Positions 19,343 through 26,179 of a DNA stretch of 64,000 bases are shown piece after piece. The stretch is from Pirellulales bacterium (lineage in GTDB: Bacteria > Planctomycetota > Planctomycetia > Pirellulales > JAEUIK01). The stretch is from positions 41,565-105,564 of the forward strand of contig JAIBBZ010000017.1 of the NCBI GenBank assembly GCA_019694435.1. Reading direction: 5' to 3'. Both the position numbers and the translations under genes were made by a program. The notes under the pieces are model-generated. The model ran no database searches. It was not told where the DNA came from and worked only from the letters and a program-made list of their open reading frames with translations. The stretch's first letter is position 1. The number at the start of each line of letters is the position of its first letter.

Positions 19343-21097
19343 GTGGGTGAATACATCCTGGGTTTGCATGCCGGTCACAATGCCAGCGCCAGCATCGGCG
19401 ACAAGTCGGGGCTGATCTACGCGATCCAGGAGGAACGCCTCTGCGGCGAGAAGAACTATTGGGGGTTCCCCAAACACGCCATTCAGGCCTGTCTCGACTA
19501 TGTCGGCGCCACCAAGCGTGACGTGCTGGGTATGGCCTACGGCGGCAACCAGGCGCTGTGCCGGTATCACAGCCGCGACGACGTCATCTACTCCTACCGC
19601 CGCCAGGAATCGATGCTGGGCCGCGTCCGGCAAAGGGTCGCCATGCCGATCTGGACCGCGTTGCGTACCGATTTCGGCCAGGGCAAACTCCGCGAGCACC
19701 TCACCGAAGTCGGCTTCGGCGACGTGCCGCTGCAGTATCACAACCACCACCTCACGCACGGCGCGACCGCCTACTACGGTTTGCGGACCTCGCCCGACAA
19801 GCAATACCTCGTGCTGACGTGCGACGGGGCCGGCGACCAGCAGTGCGCCACGGTCCGCGTGATGGGCGGCGGCAAGCATGAGTTGATCGCCGCCACGCAC
19901 TGGGGCGAATCGCTCGGGGCGATTTACTCGTGGGTCACGTTCGGCATGGGGTTCATCCCCCTTGAGCACGAATACAAGCTGATGGGCATGGCTCCCTACG
20001 CCTCGGAGCACGGCACCGAGGAAGTGGCCAAGATCTTCCGCAAATACCTGGGCATTTCGCCCGACGGGCTGAGCTTCGAACGCAAGGCCCGGTGGCGGAT
20101 GAACGACGTCTACTACTCGGCGCTCGAACCGGATCTGCGCGGCGTGCGTTTCGACTACATCTGCGCCGGCCTGCAGAAGTTCACCGAAGAGATGCTCACC
20201 CAGTGGACCGCCAACGCGGTCAAGGCCACCGGCGTTCAGGACGTGCTCGTCGGCGGCGGCGTGTTCATGAACGTCAAGGCGAACAAGAAAATCGCCGAGC
20301 TGCCCGAGGTCAAATCGTTCCAGGGCTTCCCTTCGTGCGGCGACGAGACCTTGTCGATCGGCGCCTATTACCTCGAAGCGGCCCAGCGGTTCGGCGATGA
20401 AGCCGTACCGCCGATCAAGCACTACTACCTGGGCGACGAGCCCAAGGTCGAGGAAACCCGCGCCGCGCTGCAAAAGTCGGGCTTCTATTTCGAGCAGCCC
20501 GCCAACATGGCCGAGACCGTCGCCGAATTGCTCGTCGCCGGGCATCCCGTGGCCCGTTGTGCGGGGCGGATGGAGTTCGGCGCCCGGGCCTTGGGAAATC
20601 GTTCGATTCTCGGCGATCCGAAGAATCAGGACCTGGTGCGCGTGATCAACCGGATGGTCAAGAAACGCGACTTCTGGATGCCGTTCGCCCCGATGGTCAT
20701 CGAAGAGCGCCAACACGAGTACTTGCACAACGAAAAGAATCTGCCCAGCCCGTACATGATGATGACCTTCGACACCCGGGAGAATTTCCGCGACCTGATC
20801 GCGGCGGTGCACAACGCCGATCTGACCTGCCGGGCACAGTTGTTGCGGCGCGACCAGAATCCGGAGATGTACGACATTTGCAAGGCATTCGAACGCCGCA
20901 CCGGGCGCGCGGTGATTCTCAACACGTCGTTCAACCTGCACGGGTATCCGATCTGCCGTACCGCCGAGGACGCCCTGTTCGTCTTGCAGAATTCGGGGCT
21001 GGAATACCTCCAGGTGGGCGAGTTCCTGGTCCACAAAAACGGTCCGAACAGCAACGGCCAAAATGCCCGGGCGGCCGCCGGCGCGACGACCACCTGA
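19343..21097 (+). CDS. Second, divergent O-carbamoyltransferase (NodU/CmcH family)
   Basis: GHNASA, QEERL, HHLTH, DGAGD, EYKLMGMAPY, GGVFMNVKAN, MEFGARALGNRS, KRDFWMPFAP, NTSFNLHG. Start codon uncertain (19328 or 19343). Confidence 0.93.
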   Translation: MGEYILGLHAGHNASASIGDKSGLIYAIQEERLCGEKNYWGFPKHAIQACLDYVGATKRDVLGMAYGGNQALCRYHSRDDVIYSYRRQESMLGRVRQRVAMPIWTALRTDFGQGKLREHLTEVGFGDVPLQYHNHHLTHGATAYYGLRTSPDKQYLVLTCDGAGDQQCATVRVMGGGKHELIAATHWGESLGAIYSWVTFGMGFIPLEHEYKLMGMAPYASEHGTEEVAKIFRKYLGISPDGLSFERKARWRMNDVYYSALEPDLRGVRFDYICAGLQKFTEEMLTQWTANAVKATGVQDVLVGGGVFMNVKANKKIAELPEVKSFQGFPSCGDETLSIGAYYLEAAQRFGDEAVPPIKHYYLGDEPKVEETRAALQKSGFYFEQPANMAETVAELLVAGHPVARCAGRMEFGARALGNRSILGDPKNQDLVRVINRMVKKRDFWMPFAPMVIEERQHEYLHNEKNLPSPYMMMTFDTRENFRDLIAAVHNADLTCRAQLLRRDQNPEMYDICKAFERRTGRAVILNTSFNLHGYPICRTAEDALFVLQNSGLEYLQVGEFLVHKNGPNSNGQNARAAAGATTT

Positions 21098-21303
21098 TCT
21101 ACCCCGCCGGGCGCTCACTCGCCAGGGGCCTGCGTACGCACGGCATCTCTCTCGGCCCCGGCACCGTGGGCCGAAGCGACCGGGCCGCCATATCGCCCGC
21201 CGCGGCGCGCCGTCGTACACTAAGGCGAACCTCCGGCATGGCCTGGAACGCTGCCGGACGGGTCGCAGGGGAATGAGGCACGAAGCGGGCTCGGAGTCGG
21301 GAA

Positions 21304-21897
21304 ATGCAAACACAGCGCAACTATCGCGTGTCGATCGTCGAATGTCCGGACGGCTGGGAACCCAATTCGCTGGACGATTCGCCCGGCGGACTGCGCTGTA
21401 TCGAGGACATTGGCAGTCACGACGCGATTGAAGAAGCACTCGAACAGGTAATTGCCTTCAATCGCGGCGAGATTGACGACGGCCCCAAACGCTGGGCCGT
21501 GGTCTTCGAGCCGCCAGTTCGCGGCCGGTCGCACTATCGCGTGTGCACGCCGCTTACGTACCGACTCGTGCACATCCACTGGCCCGAGGGCTGGCAGCCC
21601 GAGTCGCCGCTCGACGTGCCGACCTGCTCTTGGCGAGATCAATCCGACACCAGCGGCGAATACGGCTTCGACGAGGCCATCGAGGCGGCGCGATCGCTGA
21701 ACGAGGCCCACCTGTTGGAACCCTCGTTCGAGCGTTGGACGATGGTCGTGGCCATCGAATGCGAGCCGCTGCACACCTCGATTTACTGTGATCATCTCGG
21801 CACCGAGACCAGCACTACCGTGCGCCGCCTGCACGTCGTGCGGCCCAACACCGGTTCGCGCGACAAGCTGTTTACGACGGTTCGCAGCTCGCACTAG
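21304..21897 (+). CDS. Hypothetical protein with two tandem copies of an unknown domain
   Basis: PDGWEPNSLDDSP...EEALEQVIAFN...RWAVV versus PEGWQPESPLDVP...DEAIEAARSLN...RWTMVV. Confidence 0.75.
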   Translation: MQTQRNYRVSIVECPDGWEPNSLDDSPGGLRCIEDIGSHDAIEEALEQVIAFNRGEIDDGPKRWAVVFEPPVRGRSHYRVCTPLTYRLVHIHWPEGWQPESPLDVPTCSWRDQSDTSGEYGFDEAIEAARSLNEAHLLEPSFERWTMVVAIECEPLHTSIYCDHLGTETSTTVRRLHVVRPNTGSRDKLFTTVRSSH

Positions 21898-23063
21898 GGC
21901 GACGGTGTTTCCGGCGCTGCGAGCCGCGCGCCGAGGTCTCGAGCGATCCGCTCGGCGACGACCGCGTTGCCCGGTTCGGAGAAGTGGCAAGAGTCGAGAT
22001 AGACGGCATCCCGCACGTCATCAAACATGGCCGTTAAGTCGGCGAATCGCGCAGTGGCGCGTAAGGCGTCGTTCGCCGCGAGCTGCCCGCGGACGTGCCC
22101 CAGCAGTTCCTTGAGCACCGGCCACGCCGAGGCCGCGGCCTGTTCTTCGCCCACGAGTTGACGCTTGTCGAACGCGGTGGGCTGCCAGTAGTACAGCGCC
22201 TCGAATCCTGCGCGGTGACGCGCTGCTTCGACCCAGGCTATGTTCGCGGCGTATATCCGGGCGACGTCTGCCCCGAGTTCGGCAAGCTTGGGCCGGCCGT
22301 CGCCGTCGAAGTGGCTGCGCGCGTCCTGTTCGGCCCCTAGGCGGCGGAGCAACCCACGCACCAGCCAAACCGTGGCCGAATCGAGCGCCTCTAGTTTCAG
22401 GGCCTCGGTCAGCCCGGCGTTGAGCTCCCGGCGGCGGTTGGCTTCGTTCTGCGGAATCCCAGCACGCGACTCCTGGACCGCCGACATGAGGTCGTTGTAG
22501 CCGTTAAGGAACACGACCGCGTCGGGCCTGCGTCCGGTGCGCAGCTCCATCTCCAAGGCCAGCGCGTCCTGCGTGCTGACGTAGCCGATCTGGCCGAAAT
22601 TGGTCACCACGGCCGGCCGGCCTTGGGCTGCCAAAGCAGCCGCCAGATTGGCAGGAATCGTATGGTCGTCGCGGGCCCCCCATCCCCAGACGGTCGAGCC
22701 GCCAAACATCCAGACGCGCAGCGCCTGCGGGTTGTCCTCGGCGGCTGGTTTCGTCCGCCGCAGGCCATCGGGACCGATGTGAATGTACCGGCCGTCGAGT
22801 GGCGCCGACCGCCAGTAGACGTAGGGCTCCCAAGAGATGCCCACGTCTCCCAGAAGTTCGTCCACGTAGTCCGGCGCCCAGTCGGCTCCGCGAAATCCGG
22901 AGCTGGCCGCGATGGCCGCGCGATCGCGGTCGCGCTTGACGTGCAGGACCACGCGCGCGGCTCCCTCGACGAGCAGCAGCCAGATCAACACCACGCCGAG
23001 CACCAGCCAGGCCGTGCGCAGCGCGGCCCCCAGCCTGCCTAGCGAAACCAACCACGCGCGCAT
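21894..23063 (-). CDS. Membrane-anchored SGNH/GDSL-family esterase/acyltransferase
   Basis: N-terminal TM helix, block I FGGST, block II NFGQIGY, block III NGYND, block V DSCH. Confidence 0.85.
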   Translation of the reverse strand: MRAWLVSLGRLGAALRTAWLVLGVVLIWLLLVEGAARVVLHVKRDRDRAAIAASSGFRGADWAPDYVDELLGDVGISWEPYVYWRSAPLDGRYIHIGPDGLRRTKPAAEDNPQALRVWMFGGSTVWGWGARDDHTIPANLAAALAAQGRPAVVTNFGQIGYVSTQDALALEMELRTGRRPDAVVFLNGYNDLMSAVQESRAGIPQNEANRRRELNAGLTEALKLEALDSATVWLVRGLLRRLGAEQDARSHFDGDGRPKLAELGADVARIYAANIAWVEAARHRAGFEALYYWQPTAFDKRQLVGEEQAAASAWPVLKELLGHVRGQLAANDALRATARFADLTAMFDDVRDAVYLDSCHFSEPGNAVVAERIARDLGARLAAPETPSP

Positions 23064-23148
23064 GCGACAGTCCTCGGCGCTCGCCGGAGCAACGATTCCG
23101 GCCAAGCGCCGGATTATGCGTCAAACGTCCGCCAGCGGCAAACCGCGA

Positions 23149-24294
23149 TCACAGGCCGAGCAGGCTGGCAATCAGCGTACGCTGAATTTCGTTGGTGCCC
23201 GAGTAGATCCGGCTGGCCAGCGCGTCACGCAGCTCGCGCTCGATCTGAAATTCGGTCATGTAGCCAGCGGCGCCGTGCAATTGCAGAGCGTCGAGACAGG
23301 TTTGCACCCACGACTCGCTCAGGTAGAGCTTTGCCATCGAGGCTTCCATCAAGGCACTCTTGCCGAGGCTCCGCAGCCAGGCGCCGTGGTAGAGCAGTTG
23401 CCGGGCCGTTTCGAGCCGCAGCTTCATATCGACCACCTTATTGGCGACCGATTGGAACTTGCCGATTGATTGACCGAACTGCTTGCGCTGCCGGGCGTGC
23501 TGCACGCAGGTTTCCAGCAACCGCTGCATCGAACCCACGGCGCTGGCCAGAATGCACCCGCGTTCCCAGGACATCGAGTGGGTGAACAAGCTTGTGCCGG
23601 CGCCCTCCCGGCCCAGGCGGTTTTGCTCGGGCACCTCGCAGTTCTCGAAAAACAGCTCGGCCATGGGCGACGTGCGCAGCCCCATCTTGTCGAGTTTGCG
23701 CCCCACGGTCATACCCGGAGTGTGCTTGTCGACCAGGAACGCCGTGATGCCCCGGGCGCCCTGGGCGCGATCGACCGTGGCGAACACCACGAGCAAGTCG
23801 GCCACGGGCCCGTTGGTGACCCAGATCTTGCTGCCGTTGAGTACGTAGCGATCGCCTTGCCGGGTGGCGCTGGTGCGTAGCGCGTATGAATCGGAGCCGG
23901 TGTCCGGCTCGCTCATCGCGTTGCCCCCGATGAGTTCGCCGCTGCAGAGTCCCGGCAGATAGCGTTGTTTCTGTTCCTCGGTGCCGAAGGCCACGAGCGG
24001 CATCGCAGCCGTCCACAGATGGGCGTTGAGCGAGAACACCAGGCCGTTGTCGGCGCAGGCATAACCGAGCCGTTCGAGCGCGCCGACCGTCGTGACCGCG
24101 TCCAGCCCAAGTCCGCCGTAGTCCTCGGGCACCGGCAGCCCTTGGATGCCGAACTTGCCGCATTCGCGCCAGCCGGCCAGGTCGAATTCCGCGGCCCGAT
24201 CGCGTTCGATCAACTCCTGCCCGAGTGACTTGCGGGCAAAACGCTCGATCGAGTCGAACAGCGTTTTTTGTTCGCTGGTCCAGCCGAATTCCAC
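23149..24294 (-). CDS. Acyl-CoA dehydrogenase family, L-prolyl-[PCP] dehydrogenase-like (PltE/RedW/PigA/AnaB type)
   Basis: GYACADNGLVFS, NAMSEPDTGSD, SMSWERGC, RKQFGQSIG, and IYSGT (Ser where general ACADs have Glu in YEGT). GTG start overlaps the upstream TAG. Confidence 0.85.
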   Translation of the reverse strand: MEFGWTSEQKTLFDSIERFARKSLGQELIERDRAAEFDLAGWRECGKFGIQGLPVPEDYGGLGLDAVTTVGALERLGYACADNGLVFSLNAHLWTAAMPLVAFGTEEQKQRYLPGLCSGELIGGNAMSEPDTGSDSYALRTSATRQGDRYVLNGSKIWVTNGPVADLLVVFATVDRAQGARGITAFLVDKHTPGMTVGRKLDKMGLRTSPMAELFFENCEVPEQNRLGREGAGTSLFTHSMSWERGCILASAVGSMQRLLETCVQHARQRKQFGQSIGKFQSVANKVVDMKLRLETARQLLYHGAWLRSLGKSALMEASMAKLYLSESWVQTCLDALQLHGAAGYMTEFQIERELRDALASRIYSGTNEIQRTLIASLLGL

Positions 24295-25895
24295 TAGGGC
24301 AACTCCTTCAGGCGCTGATAGTCGACCTTGTCGGTCGAAGTCGTCGGCAGGTCCGGGAGAAAGGCAAACAAGTCGGGCACCATGTAGAGCGGCAGCCGTT
24401 CGGAGCAGAATCGCTTGAGCGCGATGACTGACGCCTTTTCCCCTTCGTTCAGGCTGACGAAGGCCTTGACCCGGAGGCCTTCTTCCTCGTCGTGGACGGC
24501 GATCACCGCCGCCTGGCGGATGCCTGCGTGCTGATAGAGACACGCCTCGATCTCGCCCAGCTCGACCCGGTAGCCGCGTTTCTTCACCATGCGATCGCGC
24601 CGACCCCGGTAGAGATAGTCGCCCGCGGCATCGGTCGTCACCAGGTCGCCGGTGCGATACCACTTTTCGCCCGCGGCGTCGGTGAAATAGGCGTTGCGGG
24701 TCTGTTCCTCGAGTCCCCAGTAGCCGCGCGTCACGCTGGCTCCGGCCATGCACAGTTCGCCTGCCTCGCCGGGGGGCACATCGAGGCCTCGTTCGTCGAC
24801 GACGCGCGATCGCAGGTGCGAGCAGGTCTTGCCGATGGGAAAAGGCTCGCTGCGCTCGGGATCGATCGGCAACGGCACCTCGTAAAACGTGCAGACGTTT
24901 GTCTCGGTGGGGCCGTAGAGATTGAAGTATCGTCGGCCCGGCCACTGGGCGACCAGCTCGCGCAGGTGCTTGATCGGGAACACCTCACCGGCAAAGTGCA
25001 CGATCCGCAGGGCCGCGAAGTCGTGCGCTCCGAGCGACCCGTAACGGGCCAGCATCGTCAGGATCGATGGCGTCGAATACCACACGCTGATGCGGCGCTC
25101 TGCGATCAAGGGGGCCAGCTTGCCGGGCTCCTTGCCCGTTTCGTGGCTGATCAGCACGAGCGTAGCCCCGTGCTTGATGGGCACGTAGATGTCCAGAATC
25201 GACAAGTCAAAATGGAATGGCGCGTGCGAACTGAAACGGTCGTCCTCGTGCGGGTCGAGCGCCTCGCTGCACCAGTCGACGAACGACACGGCATTGCGCT
25301 GCGAAAGGATGACCCCCTTGGGCCGGCCCGTCGAGCCCGAGGTGTAGAGCAGATAGGCCAGGTCTTCGGGCTCGCCGATGACCGTTTCGGCCGCTGCGAA
25401 GGGCGCGGCCGTATGGGCCTCGGCCAGGGCCGCCTCGAGCGACGTACCATCGCCGGCACCGGGCAGCACCAAGAGTGGCGGGACGGCACCATATTGCGCG
25501 AGCTCGCTGCGCAACGCCTCGGCGAATCGCGCCTCGACGACCACGGCCTTAACGCTGCAGTTGCCGAACACAAACGCGGCCCGGCTCGTCGGGGCATGCG
25601 GATCGGCCGGCACATAGGCGGCGCCACACTTGAGTACTCCAAAGAGGGCAGCAACCGTGTCGATCGACTTGGTCACGTAGATGCCGACGCGATCGTTGCG
25701 GCCCAGGCCTTGTTGCCGCAGCCAATCGCGCAACCGGTCGGACAACACGGAGAGCAGCTCGTAAGTCACGGACCCGCCGCTGGCAGGATCCTCCACCGCG
25801 ACATGGTGCGGCCGGCGGGCGGCCGAGGCGTCGAGAAACTGGGCGAGCGCCGTGACCCGGGCGGTCGCCGGCGGCGTCAAGGTGGCCTGCGTCAT
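24294..25895 (-). CDS. Stand-alone amino-acid adenylation enzyme, L-proline-[PCP] ligase-like (PltF/RedM/PigI/AnaC type)
   Basis: YTSGSTGRPKG, FDLS, NLYGPTE, YRTGD, GYRVELGEIE, DKVD. Manually read specificity code DLLYHALVCK. Confidence 0.88.
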   Translation of the reverse strand: MTQATLTPPATARVTALAQFLDASAARRPHHVAVEDPASGGSVTYELLSVLSDRLRDWLRQQGLGRNDRVGIYVTKSIDTVAALFGVLKCGAAYVPADPHAPTSRAAFVFGNCSVKAVVVEARFAEALRSELAQYGAVPPLLVLPGAGDGTSLEAALAEAHTAAPFAAAETVIGEPEDLAYLLYTSGSTGRPKGVILSQRNAVSFVDWCSEALDPHEDDRFSSHAPFHFDLSILDIYVPIKHGATLVLISHETGKEPGKLAPLIAERRISVWYSTPSILTMLARYGSLGAHDFAALRIVHFAGEVFPIKHLRELVAQWPGRRYFNLYGPTETNVCTFYEVPLPIDPERSEPFPIGKTCSHLRSRVVDERGLDVPPGEAGELCMAGASVTRGYWGLEEQTRNAYFTDAAGEKWYRTGDLVTTDAAGDYLYRGRRDRMVKKRGYRVELGEIEACLYQHAGIRQAAVIAVHDEEEGLRVKAFVSLNEGEKASVIALKRFCSERLPLYMVPDLFAFLPDLPTTSTDKVDYQRLKELP

Positions 25896-25902
25896 GGGTC
25901 GT

Positions 25903-26163
25903 TCAACCAGCTTGTTTTTCACCGACCAGGCGCACGATGTCGGCGATCGTATTCAGGTACTCGACGTCGGCCTCGTGTGCGGCGATGCCGATGTTGAAAC
26001 GCTCTTCGAGAAACGTGACCAGCTTCAGAATGCCCACCGAGTCGAGGATGCCGGTCGTAATCAATTCGGTGTCCGCAGTCAGTTCGTCGGGGTTTTCTCC
26101 GGGGAGAAAGTTGTCCAAGATGAATTGCTTGACGGCCACGGCGGCCGTGGGATCGAGGGTCAT
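25903..26163 (-). CDS. Acyl/peptidyl carrier protein (type II PCP, PltL/RedO/DltC-like)
   Basis: 86 aa, acidic, GILDSVG phosphopantetheine motif. Confidence 0.9.
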   Translation of the reverse strand: MTLDPTAAVAVKQFILDNFLPGENPDELTADTELITTGILDSVGILKLVTFLEERFNIGIAAHEADVEYLNTIADIVRLVGEKQAG

Positions 26164-26179
26164 GGATGCTCCCGGGGCC

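Noticed and set aside
23149..26163. Anatoxin, prodigiosin or pyoluteorin biosynthetic cluster
   Set aside because: Only the proline-loading/oxidation triad is present. There are no PKS modules, halogenase or condensing enzymes in the window.
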